Notes: a model not told the origin generated them from the letters alone. Positions 19,647 through 30,836 are shown, counted from the stretch's first letter. The stretch: DNA of 64,000 nucleotides from an uncultured Piscirickettsiaceae bacterium (GCA_964415865.1 CAYQBY010000005.1:723-64722), one strand, 5' to 3'. Translations and numbers: made by a program.

Positions 19647-20684
19647 TTACTGAACAAGGCTCCAGAGAATCTTCTCGTTGGCACGGAGCGGGACCAGAGT
19701 GTCATCGCCAAATGGTAGATCAGAAGGTACGGTCCACTCTCTCTTCTCCAGAGTGATTTTTCCCCTATTTCTGGATAGACCATAAAAGTCTGCACCATGG
19801 AAGCTGGCAAACCCCTCCAGCTCGTCTAGAGCGCCGGCTTGATCGAAGGCCTCAGCATATAGTTCAATAGCTGCATGTGCTGTATACATTCCAGCACAAC
19901 CACAACTACTCTCCTTGGTATTGCGGGCATGGGGTGCGCTATCAGTACCTAAAAAGAACTTGCTATTGCCGCTGGTTGCAGCCTTCACAAGTGCCGCTCT
20001 ATGTTGCTCTCGCTTGAGAACGGGAAGACAGTAGTGGTGAGGATTAATGCCGCCACTGAATATATCGTTGCGATTCATCAATAAATGGTGTGCGGTAATG
20101 GTTGCTGCAATATTTTCTGATGACTCCCGCACAAACTGGATACCATCTACAGTGGTGATATGTTCAAACACTATACGTAGAGATGGTAGCTTCTCGATAA
20201 GAGGAGCCAAGATTTGTTCAATAAAGATAGCCTCACGATCAAACAGATCAGTCTCTGGGTTGGTAACCTCACCGTGAACCAGTAGCGGCAGATTGACATC
20301 TGCCATCATCTCCAGGGTATTCATGATATTTGATATATCGGTGACCCCGGAGTCAGAGTTGGTTGTTGCACCAGCTGGGTATAGTTTGAGTGCTGTAATC
20401 TGTCCACTATCAGCTGCTAACCGAATATCTTCTGGAGTCGTATTGTCCGTCAGGTAGAGTGTCATCAATGGCTCAAAGGCCATATGTTCCGGAATGTGAC
20501 TGAGCACTCTATCCCTATACTGCAAAGCCTCGGTTACGGTTGTTACTGGAGTGGAAAGATTCGGCATCACAATGGCGCGACCAAAACGCTCTGCACTATC
20601 ACCCACCACAGAGCCCATTGCATCACCATCCCTTAGATGGAGATGCCAGTCGTCGGGTTGTGTAATCGTGATGGAGTCAGGCAT
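19647..20684 (-). CDS. pyrC: Dihydroorotase (class II, E. coli type)
   Basis: DWHLHLRD metal-binding start. 345 aa. High similarity to PyrC. Confidence 0.9.
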   Translation of the reverse strand: MPDSITITQPDDWHLHLRDGDAMGSVVGDSAERFGRAIVMPNLSTPVTTVTEALQYRDRVLSHIPEHMAFEPLMTLYLTDNTTPEDIRLAADSGQITALKLYPAGATTNSDSGVTDISNIMNTLEMMADVNLPLLVHGEVTNPETDLFDREAIFIEQILAPLIEKLPSLRIVFEHITTVDGIQFVRESSENIAATITAHHLLMNRNDIFSGGINPHHYCLPVLKREQHRAALVKAATSGNSKFFLGTDSAPHARNTKESSCGCAGMYTAHAAIELYAEAFDQAGALDELEGFASFHGADFYGLSRNRGKITLEKREWTVPSDLPFGDDTLVPLRANEKILWSLVQ

Positions 20685-20845
20685 TGTTAAATCATGTCAC
20701 AATTTTCCAGCTTTTGCCTCTAAAAATAAGAGGTTTCCTTGACCTATCCAGCCAAAAAAACGATCATACTATCCATTAATATTGACTTATTCGGGGTGAT
20801 GCCAGAATCGTCAATTGCCAACGACTTACATCCAAGAGGCTATCA

Positions 20846-23500
20846 ATGTCAGAGACGAGTGATAAGGATCCACAGGAGACTCAGGAGTGGCTGGAGGCAC
20901 TAGAGTCTGTTATTGAATTTGAGGGCACGGGCCGCGCTCACTATCTGATTGAGAAGATGATTGATCAGGCTCGCCGCTCCGGAGTCAACCTGCCATACAG
21001 CTCCAATACAGCCTACGTGAACACAATTCCTGTTGCCCAACAGGAGAGAATTCCGGGTGATCAATCACTGGAGCATAAGCTGCGTGCCTATATACGCTGG
21101 AATGCGATGGCAATGGTGGTCAAGGCTAACCACCGCCCAGGTAGTGTAGGAGGCCATATTGCCAGCTTTGCCTCTTCAGCAACATTGTACGATGTGGGTT
21201 TCAACCACTTCTTTCGCGGCAATGATGCAGACAAGGGTGGGGATCTGGTCTTCTTTCAGGGTCATATTGCTCCGGGAATCTACTCCCGCGCCTATCTTGA
21301 GGGACGCATTACCAAGGAGCAGCTAGAGAATTTCCGTTTTGAATCAGATGGCAAGGGGATATCATCATATCCACACCCTTGGCTGATGCGTGACTTCTGG
21401 CAGTTCCCGACAGTCTCCATGGGGCTGGGGCCAATCCAGTCAATCTATCAGGCCCGCTTCATGAAGTACCTACATCACCGCGAGGTACTGGATACAGAGG
21501 GGCGCCAGGTCTGGGCCTATCTTGGTGATGGCGAGATGGATGAGCCGGAGTCGCTGGGTGCGGTAACCCTGGCGGGGCGTGAGAAGCTCGATAATCTAAC
21601 CTTTGTTATCAACTGTAACCTGCAGCGACTGGATGGCCCGGTTCGTGGTAATGGCAAGATTATCCAGGAGCTGGAAGCGCTATTCCGTGGGGCAGGCTGG
21701 AACGTGATAAAGGTTATTTGGGGCTCCGGTTGGGATGCCCTGTTGGCAAAAGACAAGAGCGGCCTGCTGCTGAAGCGGATGGAAGAGGTGGTCGATGGTG
21801 ACTACCAGGCCTACAAATCAAAGGATGGCGCTTTTGTTCGCGAACACTTCTTCGGTAAGTATCCAGAGCTGCTTGATCTAGTATCTGATATGACAGATCA
21901 GGATATCTGGAAGCTGCAGCGTGGTGGTCATGATCCCCGCAAAATTTATGCGGCCTACAGTGCAGCCAAGGCTCACAAGGGACAGCCCACGGTTATTCTG
22001 GCCAAGACGGTTAAGGGCTATGGAATGGGCGAGGCTGGTGAGGGGCAGAATGCAACCCACTCCCAGAAGAAGATGGGGCTGGAGCATATGCGCCGTTTCC
22101 GTGACCGCTTCAGTATTCCGGTCTCCGACGCGGAGATGGAGGAGATTCCATTCATCTGTCCGGAGAAGGATAGTGAGGAGCTTAAATATCTTCATGAGCG
22201 TCGCAAGGAGTTGGGCGGATATCTGCCAGAACGCAGGCAGGATGATGAGCCGCTGGAGATCCCTGGTCTGGAGGCCTTTGAGGCCCTTACCAAGGGTAGT
22301 GGCAAGCGGGAACTCTCCACCACCATGGCCTTTGTGCGCATGCTCTCCACTCTAGCGAGAGACAAGAAGATCGGCAAACATGTGGTGCCAATCGTCCCGG
22401 ATGAGGCCCGTACCTTCGGGATGGAGGGGATGTTCCGCCAGCTAGGCATCTACTCATCATCAGGCCAGCTCTATGAGCCTGAGGATTCCGACAAGGTGAT
22501 GTGGTATCGCGAGGATACCAAGGGACAGATCCTCCAGGAGGGGATCAATGAGGCTGGCGCAATGGCGGAGTGGATGGCGGCAGCCACCTCCTATACCAAC
22601 CACGGCATCAGCATGATTCCGTTCTATATCTACTACTCGATGTTTGGATTCCAGCGTATTGGCGATCTGGCGTGGGCAGCTGGTGATATGCAGGCACGTG
22701 GCTTCATGATAGGCGGAACTGCGGGCAGAACTACCCTTAATGGTGAGGGGCTACAGCACCAGGATGGCCACAGCCATATCTTTGCCGGAACTATTCCCAA
22801 CTGCATCTCCTATGACCCAACCTATACCTATGAGCTGGCAGTCATTATTCAGGACGGTCTGCGCCGGATGTATGCGGAGCAGGAGAATGTCTTCTACTAC
22901 ATAGCAGTGATGAATGAGAATTATGCCCACCCGGATATGCCGGAGGGTGTGGAAGAGGGGATCATCAAGGGTATCTATCCACTTCGCAAGATGGAGAGCG
23001 GTAAGCTCCACGTTCAGTTACTGGGAAGTGGTGCCATCCTGCGTGAGGTAGAGGCGGCAAGTGAGATGCTGCAGTCAGATTGGGGCGTCACCTCCGATAT
23101 CTGGAGTGTTACCAGCTTTAATGAGTTGGCGCGAGAGGGACAGGATGTGGCACGCTGGAATCGACTCCATCCAACCGAGCCCCAGAGAGAGAGTTATGTT
23201 GCCAAATCACTGGCTGAAGCCAGTGGTCCTGTCATCGCCTCGACCGACTACATCCGCCTCTATGCAGAGCAGATTCGTGACTTTATCCCGGGCCATTATG
23301 AGACCCTGGGAACGGATGGCTTTGGGCGTAGTGATACCCGAGAGAAGTTGCGGGATTTCTTTGAGGTAGATCGAAATCATGTGGTGGTGGCAGCACTGAA
23401 GGCGCTGGCAGATGAGGGTTCAATTGATAGCTCGGTGGTTGCAGAGGCGATCAGCAAGTATGGCATTGATGCGGATCGTGCCAATCCAGTGACTCGATAA
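20846..23500 (+). CDS. aceE: Pyruvate dehydrogenase E1 component (homodimeric type)
   Basis: 884 aa. ThDP-binding region GDGEMDEPES...NCNLQRLDGPV. Confidence 0.95.
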   Translation: MSETSDKDPQETQEWLEALESVIEFEGTGRAHYLIEKMIDQARRSGVNLPYSSNTAYVNTIPVAQQERIPGDQSLEHKLRAYIRWNAMAMVVKANHRPGSVGGHIASFASSATLYDVGFNHFFRGNDADKGGDLVFFQGHIAPGIYSRAYLEGRITKEQLENFRFESDGKGISSYPHPWLMRDFWQFPTVSMGLGPIQSIYQARFMKYLHHREVLDTEGRQVWAYLGDGEMDEPESLGAVTLAGREKLDNLTFVINCNLQRLDGPVRGNGKIIQELEALFRGAGWNVIKVIWGSGWDALLAKDKSGLLLKRMEEVVDGDYQAYKSKDGAFVREHFFGKYPELLDLVSDMTDQDIWKLQRGGHDPRKIYAAYSAAKAHKGQPTVILAKTVKGYGMGEAGEGQNATHSQKKMGLEHMRRFRDRFSIPVSDAEMEEIPFICPEKDSEELKYLHERRKELGGYLPERRQDDEPLEIPGLEAFEALTKGSGKRELSTTMAFVRMLSTLARDKKIGKHVVPIVPDEARTFGMEGMFRQLGIYSSSGQLYEPEDSDKVMWYREDTKGQILQEGINEAGAMAEWMAAATSYTNHGISMIPFYIYYSMFGFQRIGDLAWAAGDMQARGFMIGGTAGRTTLNGEGLQHQDGHSHIFAGTIPNCISYDPTYTYELAVIIQDGLRRMYAEQENVFYYIAVMNENYAHPDMPEGVEEGIIKGIYPLRKMESGKLHVQLLGSGAILREVEAASEMLQSDWGVTSDIWSVTSFNELAREGQDVARWNRLHPTEPQRESYVAKSLAEASGPVIASTDYIRLYAEQIRDFIPGHYETLGTDGFGRSDTREKLRDFFEVDRNHVVVAALKALADEGSIDSSVVAEAISKYGIDADRANPVTR

Positions 23501-23516
23501 TAGAGGGAATCAGATA

Positions 23517-24818
23517 ATGGCAGAGATAAGAGAGGTCACTGTTCCCGATATAGGGGACTTCCCGGAGGTTGAGGTAATTGAGGTTTTGGTTGCTGTTGGA
23601 GATGAGATCGAACAGGAGGACTCCCTGATCTCCCTGGAGAGTGACAAGGCAACCATGGAGATACCCGCACCGTTTGATGGGGTGGTGAAAGAGCTTAAGG
23701 TCTCTGTTGGAGACAAGGTCTCCGAGGGCGCGCTGATTATGATGGTGGAGGCATCTGAGGGGGCTACTGTTTCTGAGTCACCGATAGAATCGCCAACAGA
23801 GCCATCAGTAGATAGTGGTGCAGAACAGGGGCAAGCTGCTCCATCTTCTGTAGCAGTAACTCCTGCCCAGACACAGACGGCCGCTCCGGCTGCACCAATT
23901 ACTCCAGCAACGGGTGGAAAGGCACATGCATCTCCTGCGATTCGTCGTTTTGCCCGTGAACTCGGAGTGGTGCTCTCTCAGGTTGGGGGAACAGGTCCCA
24001 AAGGGAGAGTTCTTAAAGAGGATGTGAAGCAGTTTGTTAAGGCGGCACTCTCGGGTGGCGTTGCTCCACAGTCTGCGGGAAGCTCAATACCGGAAATCAC
24101 ACTTCCCGATTTCTCCAAATTCGGTGAGACTGAGGGTCAGCCACTATCCAGGATCAAGAAGATCTCCGGAAAGCATCTACATGCGTGTTGGCTCAACATT
24201 CCCCATGTTACCCAGTTTGATGAGGCAGATATAACCAGGCTGGAGGAGTTCCGTCAGTCCAACAAGGAGGAGGCGGAGAAGAGGGGAGTAAGATTAACTC
24301 CGCTGGTATTCATCATGAAGGCGGTGGTTGCGGCCCTCAAGGAGTTCCCCCAGTTTAATGCATCTCTTGATCTTGACAATGAGCAACTGATTATCAAGAG
24401 CTACTACAATATTGGGGTGGCGGTAGATACCCCGAATGGACTTATGGTTCCAGTAGTCAGGGAGGTGGATCGTAAGGGTGTCTACGATTTGGCGGAGGAG
24501 TTAATGGAGATTAGCTCACGTGCCCGCGATGGTAAATTGAAGGGTGATGATCTGCAGGGTGGAACCTTCTCCATCTCCAGTCTGGGCGGCATTGGAGGCA
24601 CCCAGTTCACCCCTATTGTGAATGCCCCAGAGGTGGCAATACTTGGGGTTGCACGATCCCAGACCAAGCCGGTATGGAGTGGGACCGAGTTTGAGCCACG
24701 CCTGATGCTGCCGCTGGCACTCTCCTATGACCACCGTGTTATTGATGGTGCGGATGGTGCCCGTTTCATCACCAGACTTAACCAACTGCTTCGTGAATAC
24801 TGCAAGGTACTACTCTGA
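23517..24818 (+). CDS. aceF: Dihydrolipoamide acetyltransferase E2 with a single lipoyl domain
   Basis: One lipoyl domain (SLESDKATMEIP), an Ala/Pro-rich linker, an E3-binding domain, and the catalytic domain DHRVIDGA. Confidence 0.9.
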   Translation: MAEIREVTVPDIGDFPEVEVIEVLVAVGDEIEQEDSLISLESDKATMEIPAPFDGVVKELKVSVGDKVSEGALIMMVEASEGATVSESPIESPTEPSVDSGAEQGQAAPSSVAVTPAQTQTAAPAAPITPATGGKAHASPAIRRFARELGVVLSQVGGTGPKGRVLKEDVKQFVKAALSGGVAPQSAGSSIPEITLPDFSKFGETEGQPLSRIKKISGKHLHACWLNIPHVTQFDEADITRLEEFRQSNKEEAEKRGVRLTPLVFIMKAVVAALKEFPQFNASLDLDNEQLIIKSYYNIGVAVDTPNGLMVPVVREVDRKGVYDLAEELMEISSRARDGKLKGDDLQGGTFSISSLGGIGGTQFTPIVNAPEVAILGVARSQTKPVWSGTEFEPRLMLPLALSYDHRVIDGADGARFITRLNQLLREYCKVLL

Positions 24819-26593
24819 TGACTACAGAAGTAAGACTGCCGGATATCGGTGATTTTGAGGGGGTTGAGGTAATCGAGATTCTGGTTTCACCGGGGGATAG
24901 CGTTGCCAAAGAGGACTCACTGATTTCACTTGAGAGTGACAAGGCAACCATGGAGATCCCATCACCATACGATGGTACGGTGGGAGAGATTAAGATATCA
25001 CTAGGAGATAAAATCTCTGAGGGTGACCTGATTCTTGTAATGGATATCACCTCAGTAGATGGTGCAGAAGATGATAGTGTTTCTAGCAGTGGTGACCAAC
25101 AGACCACAGAGAGCGGTGAGGATGCCAGTGATAAGAGTGCTGCAGTAGCACCACAGGCTGCTACTGTCCCTGCTGGTGATGCAGACATCCATGCGGAGGT
25201 GCTGGTGCTTGGGTCGGGGCCTGGTGGTTATACAGCTGCCTTCCGGGCAGCTGATCTGGGTAAAAAGGTGGTTATGGTTGAGCGTCATCCATCAATAGGT
25301 GGGGTCTGTCTCAATGTTGGCTGTATTCCCTCCAAGGCACTGCTCCATACTGCACAGGTTCTGAATGAGGCCAACTCCATGGCTGACCATGGGGTTCGCT
25401 TCAGCAAGCCTGAAATTGATCTCGATGAGATTCGCTCCTGGAAAGATGGAGTTGTTGCCCGTCTTACCGGTGGTTTGGGGATGCTGGCAAAACAGCGCAA
25501 GGTTGAGGTGGTTACTGGAGAGGGTAGATTTACCTCTCCCAATACCCTTACAGTTGAGACCGCAGAGGGGGAAAAGAGTATCTCGTTTGAGTACTCCATC
25601 ATTGCAGCCGGCTCCCGTTCCGTAGAGATCCCTGTTTTCCCCCATGATGATCCACGGGTCTGGGACTCAACCGATGCACTACGCCTCAAAGAGATTCCTG
25701 GGCGTCTGCTGATTGTTGGCGGCGGGATTATCGGCCTGGAGATGGCAACCGTTTATGAGGCGCTGGGTTCAAAAATCACCGTGGTGGAGATGCAGGACTC
25801 ACTAATTCCAGGCGCGGACAAGGACATTATCCGTCCACTGCAGAGGCGGATTGATAAAAAATACGAAAACATCTACCTCAAGACCAGGGTATCGGCGATG
25901 GAGTCCTCTGAGAGTGGCATTAAGGTCAGTTTTGAGGGGGCAAAGGCCCCTGCAGAGGATCTTTTTGATGCGGTACTGGTCTCTGTTGGGCGTACCCCAA
26001 ATGGAAAACTGATTGATGCAGAGAAGGCCGGTGTAGTTGTTGATGAGTGGGGATTTATCCCGGTAGATGGTCAGATGAGAACTAATGTTCCACATATCTT
26101 TGCTATCGGAGATATTGTTGGACAGCCGATGCTGGCCCACAAGGCAACCCATGAGGCGAAGGTAGCAGCAGAGGTGATTGCCGGTCATAAGTCGGTATTT
26201 GAGCCGTTGACCATACCAGCTGTAGCCTACACTGACCCAGAGGTGGCATGGGCTGGGCTGACTGAGATTGAGGCCAAGGCACAGGGAGTTGAGTACACCA
26301 AGGGTGCATTCCCATGGGCCGCCAGTGGTCGCAGTCTCAGTATTGGCAGAGACGAGGGGATGACCAAGGCACTGTTCGACAAGGAGACAGGCCGCCTGAT
26401 TGGTGCTGCTATAGTTGGGACCAATGCCGGTGAACTGATTGCCGAGGCAGTGCTTGGAATTGAGATGGGCTCAGATATGCAGGATATAGGTCTTACCATC
26501 CATCCCCATCCAACCCTCTCCGAGACCCTCTGTTTTGCCGCTGAGATGGCTGAGGGGACCATTACAGATCTGATGCCACCAAAGAAGAGATAG
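24818..26593 (+). CDS. lpdA: Dihydrolipoyl dehydrogenase E3 carrying an N-terminal lipoyl domain
   Basis: Residues 1-80 are a lipoyl domain nearly identical to the AceF one (SLESDKATMEIPSPYDG). They are followed by the FAD fold GSGPGGY and the redox disulfide GGVCLNVGCIPSK. The start overlaps the aceF stop (ATGA). Confidence 0.9.
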   Translation: MTTEVRLPDIGDFEGVEVIEILVSPGDSVAKEDSLISLESDKATMEIPSPYDGTVGEIKISLGDKISEGDLILVMDITSVDGAEDDSVSSSGDQQTTESGEDASDKSAAVAPQAATVPAGDADIHAEVLVLGSGPGGYTAAFRAADLGKKVVMVERHPSIGGVCLNVGCIPSKALLHTAQVLNEANSMADHGVRFSKPEIDLDEIRSWKDGVVARLTGGLGMLAKQRKVEVVTGEGRFTSPNTLTVETAEGEKSISFEYSIIAAGSRSVEIPVFPHDDPRVWDSTDALRLKEIPGRLLIVGGGIIGLEMATVYEALGSKITVVEMQDSLIPGADKDIIRPLQRRIDKKYENIYLKTRVSAMESSESGIKVSFEGAKAPAEDLFDAVLVSVGRTPNGKLIDAEKAGVVVDEWGFIPVDGQMRTNVPHIFAIGDIVGQPMLAHKATHEAKVAAEVIAGHKSVFEPLTIPAVAYTDPEVAWAGLTEIEAKAQGVEYTKGAFPWAASGRSLSIGRDEGMTKALFDKETGRLIGAAIVGTNAGELIAEAVLGIEMGSDMQDIGLTIHPHPTLSETLCFAAEMAEGTITDLMPPKKR

Positions 26594-26646
26594 AGCCACT
26601 ACTTCTTTATCGGTAGAATACCCAAAAAATTCAGGGAAACAGACAG

Positions 26647-27861
26647 ATGTCAGAAATAAAGAAAGTTGTGCTTGCATACTCAGGAGGGCTGGATACCTCC
26701 ATCATTCTCAAGTGGCTAGAGGATGTCTATGGTTGTGAGGTGGTCACCTTTACTGCAGATATTGGCCAAGGGGAGGAAGTAGAGCCTGCCCGTGCCAAGG
26801 CGGAGGCGATGGGTGTCAAGGAGATCTACATTGATGATCTGCGTGAGGAGTATGCGCGTGATTTTGTTTTCCCGATGTTTCGTGCCAATGCGATCTATGA
26901 GGGTGAATATCTGCTGGGAACCTCCATTGCACGCCCACTGATATCCAAACGCCTGGTTGAGATTGCAGAGGAGACCGGTGCTGATGCCATTGCCCATGGA
27001 GCAACTGGAAAAGGAAATGATCAGGTACGTTTTGAGCTTGGTGCTTACGCCCTTATGCCGGATGTAAAGATTATTGCCCCATGGCGTGAGTGGGATCTCA
27101 ATTCACGCTCCAAGCTGATGGCATATGCAGAGGAGCATAATATTGAGGTTGATTTTGCCAAACAGGGCAAAAAATCACCTTACTCCATGGATGCCAATCT
27201 ACTTCATATCTCCTATGAGGGGGATATCCTGGAGGATCCATGGAATGAGCCTGAGGACGATATGTGGCGTTGGAGCATCTCTCCCGAAAATGCGCCAGAT
27301 ACCCCAACCTATATAGAGATCGATTTTGAGAAGGGTGACCCAACAGCAATTGATGGCGATGCTATGAGTCCGGCAACCATCATGGAGACCCTCAACAAAT
27401 TAGGTGGTGATAACGGTATTGGTCGTGACGATATTGTCGAGAACCGCTATGTTGGCATGAAATCCCGTGGCTGTTACGAGACACCTGGAGGAACCATCCT
27501 GCTAAAGGCGCACCGGGCAATGGAGTCCCTGACCCTGGATCGTGATGCTGCACACCTTAAGGATGAAATGATGCCCCGTTATGCAGAGCTGGTCTATAAC
27601 GGCTATTGGTGGTCGCCAGAACGTACCATGCTGCAGGCGGCAATTGATGAGACCCAGAAGACAGTCAATGGAACAGTTCGTCTCAAGCTATACAAAGGAA
27701 ACGTCATTGTGGTGGGGCGTAAGTCCGATAGCAATAGCCTCTTCAGTGAGGAGATTGCCACCTTTGAGGATGATGCCGGTGCCTACGACCAGAAGGATGC
27801 AGAGGGCTTTATACGTCTTAACTCACTGCGACTACGAATTGGTGCTAAACAGAAGGGGTAA
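26647..27861 (+). CDS. argG: Argininosuccinate synthase
   Basis: [11 protein letters not shown]-loop. 404 aa. Confidence 0.9.
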   Translation: MSEIKKVVLAYSGGLDTSIILKWLEDVYGCEVVTFTADIGQGEEVEPARAKAEAMGVKEIYIDDLREEYARDFVFPMFRANAIYEGEYLLGTSIARPLISKRLVEIAEETGADAIAHGATGKGNDQVRFELGAYALMPDVKIIAPWREWDLNSRSKLMAYAEEHNIEVDFAKQGKKSPYSMDANLLHISYEGDILEDPWNEPEDDMWRWSISPENAPDTPTYIEIDFEKGDPTAIDGDAMSPATIMETLNKLGGDNGIGRDDIVENRYVGMKSRGCYETPGGTILLKAHRAMESLTLDRDAAHLKDEMMPRYAELVYNGYWWSPERTMLQAAIDETQKTVNGTVRLKLYKGNVIVVGRKSDSNSLFSEEIATFEDDAGAYDQKDAEGFIRLNSLRLRIGAKQKG

Positions 27862-27878
27862 TTTTTGCTTGGGAGGAA

Positions 27879-27948
27879 GGGTCATGGTGTTATGAATTCC
27901 TCCACAAGTTTTCAACTTCACTTACGGAATTCATAACACCATGACCCC
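27879..27948. repeat. Perfect 22-bp inverted repeat (gggtcatggtgttatgaattcc / ggaattcataacaccatgaccc) with a 26-nt loop. The right arm contains the pgpA ATG.
   Basis: Read directly from the sequence. The arms at 27879-27900 and 27927-27948 are exact reverse complements. No downstream T-run. Confidence 0.8.
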
Positions 27949-28411
27949 TTCAGTCCGTACAATTTTCAGTAACCCGATCCACTTTTTTGCCTTTGGTTTT
28001 GGCTCTGGATTGGCTCCGTTTGCCCCCGGAACAGTTGGTACCCTTGCGGCAATTCCCCTTTACTTATTACTGGAACAGCTATCACTTCCCCTCTATCTGG
28101 GGGTAGTTGTGTTGGCATTTATATTTGGTATCTGGGTCTGTGGTCGTGCGGGTGATGACCTTGGAGTTCATGACCACGGAGGAATAGTATGGGATGAGTT
28201 CGTCGGTTTCTGGGTAACCATGATTGCGGCCCCTGCCGGCTGGCAGTGGATTGTGGCTGGATTTCTACTGTTTCGGCTATTTGATATCTGGAAGCCGTGG
28301 CCGATTAGCTGGGCAGACCGACAGGTATCTGGCGGCCTTGGGGTTATGCTGGATGACATAGTTGCGGGTGGTTTAGCCTTTGTGGTGCTACAGATTGTCT
28401 ACAGAATCTGA
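27941..28411 (+). CDS. pgpA: Phosphatidylglycerophosphatase A
   Basis: 156 aa. PgpA signature FGFGSGL...GTxGTL...WDEFVG. Confidence 0.8.
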   Translation: MTPSVRTIFSNPIHFFAFGFGSGLAPFAPGTVGTLAAIPLYLLLEQLSLPLYLGVVVLAFIFGIWVCGRAGDDLGVHDHGGIVWDEFVGFWVTMIAAPAGWQWIVAGFLLFRLFDIWKPWPISWADRQVSGGLGVMLDDIVAGGLAFVVLQIVYRI

Positions 28412-28620
28412 TCCAGTCTAATCTCGATATTCTCTCCATCTGCTGTAATTGCAGAGAGATACTCACCGTCACTCCTGGTATTTAGGTCGGTGAGTTTTAG
28501 TAGTTCATCTCTGGAATCTCCAGATTTACTAACCCAACATATTCTGGTTGGAGCGCGACGCATTATGGCCAACTCATATTCACTATGGATGGCGCACGAA
28601 ACAGGGGTGTACTCAGTCAC
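28399..28620 (-). CDS. rof: Rof/YaeO-family Rho-binding antiterminator
   Basis: 73 aa. [22 protein letters not shown]...[21 protein letters not shown] aligns with E. coli Rof (YQPINCDDYDNLELA...VEYLVVEAAGETRELRLDKI). The start overlaps the argF stop. Confidence 0.6.
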   Translation of the reverse strand: MTEYTPVSCAIHSEYELAIMRRAPTRICWVSKSGDSRDELLKLTDLNTRSDGEYLSAITADGENIEIRLDQIL

Positions 28621-29531
28621 TTACCAATCAGAAACTCGAGTAGAGCCTTCTGTGCATGAAGACGGTTCTCGGCCTCATCCCAAACCACGCTCTGTCCTCC
28701 ATCGATTACACTGCTACTAACTTCTTCCCCACGGTGTGCTGGAAGGCAGTGCATAAACAGAGCATCATCTTTTGCATGGCTCATAAGAGTCTCATTCACC
28801 TGGTATGGCTGGAAGATCTCATTACGGGTATCACTTTCATCCTCCTGTCCCATACTGGCCCAGACATCGGTAACTACCAGATCGACATCAGTTGTTGCCT
28901 CAACGGGATCGCTCATAAGTGTGATGTTTGATTTGGTTGCTGAAACAATCTCAGGTTTTGGCTCATATCCATCAGGTGTTGCAATGTTCAGCTGAAACCC
29001 AAACCGGAGTGCAGCATTCATGTATGAGTGACACATGTTGTTGCCATCCCCAATCCAGGCAACAGTTTTTCCATGAATGGAGCCGCGATGCTCTACATAG
29101 GCCTGGATATCTGCCAATAGTTGGCATGGGTGGTAGTCATCAGTCAATGCATTGATAACTGGCACAGATGAGTATTCAGCAAATGTCTCTACCTTTTCGT
29201 GCTCAAAAGTTCGAATCATCACCGCATCAACCATGCTGGACAGTACGCGTGCACTATCCTCAATAGGTTCTCCACGACCAAGCTGAGTATCGCGTGGTGA
29301 GAGGAAGATGGCGCTGCCACCAAACTGTGACATGCCGGCCTCAAAGGAGACCCTGGTGCGGGTAGATGATTTCTCAAATATCATTCCCAGCACCTGGTTC
29401 TTCAGAGGTTCATATATTTCGCCCCCATGTTGCATTTTTTTCAACTCAATGGCGCGATGAATAATGCTGTTAAGCTCCTCGGTTGAGAGATCCAACAGGG
29501 TTAAAAAGTGACGTGGAGAAGTTGAGCTCAT
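28617..29531 (-). CDS. argF: Ornithine carbamoyltransferase
   Basis: STRTR carbamoyl-phosphate motif, and HCLP in the ornithine-binding half. 304 aa. Confidence 0.9.
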   Translation of the reverse strand: MSSTSPRHFLTLLDLSTEELNSIIHRAIELKKMQHGGEIYEPLKNQVLGMIFEKSSTRTRVSFEAGMSQFGGSAIFLSPRDTQLGRGEPIEDSARVLSSMVDAVMIRTFEHEKVETFAEYSSVPVINALTDDYHPCQLLADIQAYVEHRGSIHGKTVAWIGDGNNMCHSYMNAALRFGFQLNIATPDGYEPKPEIVSATKSNITLMSDPVEATTDVDLVVTDVWASMGQEDESDTRNEIFQPYQVNETLMSHAKDDALFMHCLPAHRGEEVSSSVIDGGQSVVWDEAENRLHAQKALLEFLIGK

Positions 29532-30724
29532 GATCTGCTCTCCTCTTTGTTTGTCGTTGTAAACTGGTTTATTAGCAGGGCTACCTGTTCGGCGACCTGG
29601 TCAGCCTCATCATTACTCAAGATAAGAGGTGGAAGTAGTCTGACCACACTATCAGCAGTTACATTCAGCAGCAGTCCCTGTTCCAGGGCATTGTTCACAA
29701 TAGGGGCGCATGGCTGGTCGAGTTCGATGCCGATCATCAACCCCAGATTGCGTATATCAATAACGGATGAGTTATCTTTCAGAGCTGTCTGCAGGCTCTG
29801 CCTGATACGTTCTCCCAGTGATGTTGCACGTTCCAATAACTGATCCTGCTCCATGGTGCTGATAACTGCCATGGCGCCACGGGTAACCAGTGGGTTTCCA
29901 CCAAATGTGGATCCGTGCATTCCGGGCTTGAAGAGCTCTGCAGCATCTCCTTGTGTAAGACATGCACCAATGGGTAGTCCATTACCAAGCCCCTTGGCAA
30001 GGGTGATGACATCTGGCTTGATGGAGCTATGCTGGAAGCCAAACCACTTTCCGGTACGTCCCATTCCGGTCTGTACCTCATCAAGCATCATTAGCCAGCC
30101 ATGCTTATCACAGAGCTCTCTTACTCCAGATAGATATTCAGAGTCTGGAATTCTGATTCCACCCTCTCCCTGTACCGGTTCAATCAGAATAGCAGACACC
30201 TCTTTTGAATTTATTGCGATCTCTTGCAGGGCATCGAGGTTATTGTATGGGGCTCTGATAAAACCAGAGACTAGAGGTTCAAAACCTGCCTGTACCTTGC
30301 GGTTTCCTGTAGCCGTAAGTGTTGCCATGGTGCGTCCATGGAAGCTGCCTTTGGCAACAATAACGGATGGTGAGTCAATCCCCTTGTTGTGGCCATGAAG
30401 ACGTGCTAATTTGATCGCAGCCTCATTGGCCTCTGCTCCGGAGTTGCCAAAAAAGAGACTCTCCATTCCGGAGATCTCACACAGCTTGTCTGCCAGCTCC
30501 TGCTGATTTGGTATCCCGTAGAGGTTGGATGTATGGAGCAGGGTAGAGGCCTGGTCACAGATGGCCTCAGTTAATGCTGGGTGGCTGTGTCCCAGGCCAC
30601 AAACCGCAATACCACTCAAGGCATCAAGATATTTCTCTCCTGCCTGATCCCATAACCAGGCCCCTTCTCCTCTGACAAATGAGACAGGAAGTCGCCCGTA
30701 GGTGGGCATGATGGTGTCACTCAT
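29528..30724 (-). CDS. argD: Acetylornithine aminotransferase (class III PLP aminotransferase)
   Basis: 398 aa. PLP-lysine context [15 protein letters not shown]. Overlaps argF (operon). Confidence 0.85.
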   Translation of the reverse strand: MSDTIMPTYGRLPVSFVRGEGAWLWDQAGEKYLDALSGIAVCGLGHSHPALTEAICDQASTLLHTSNLYGIPNQQELADKLCEISGMESLFFGNSGAEANEAAIKLARLHGHNKGIDSPSVIVAKGSFHGRTMATLTATGNRKVQAGFEPLVSGFIRAPYNNLDALQEIAINSKEVSAILIEPVQGEGGIRIPDSEYLSGVRELCDKHGWLMMLDEVQTGMGRTGKWFGFQHSSIKPDVITLAKGLGNGLPIGACLTQGDAAELFKPGMHGSTFGGNPLVTRGAMAVISTMEQDQLLERATSLGERIRQSLQTALKDNSSVIDIRNLGLMIGIELDQPCAPIVNNALEQGLLLNVTADSVVRLLPPLILSNDEADQVAEQVALLINQFTTTNKEESRS

Positions 30725-30836
30725 AAACTTCTAAAACTTTTTTGCTTTCCAAAAAATAAAAAACGGCAGCCTCAAAATGATGCTGCCGACCAATTGAATA
30801 GATATTGTAATGATTGTTTATGATTTGGCAATAGAT

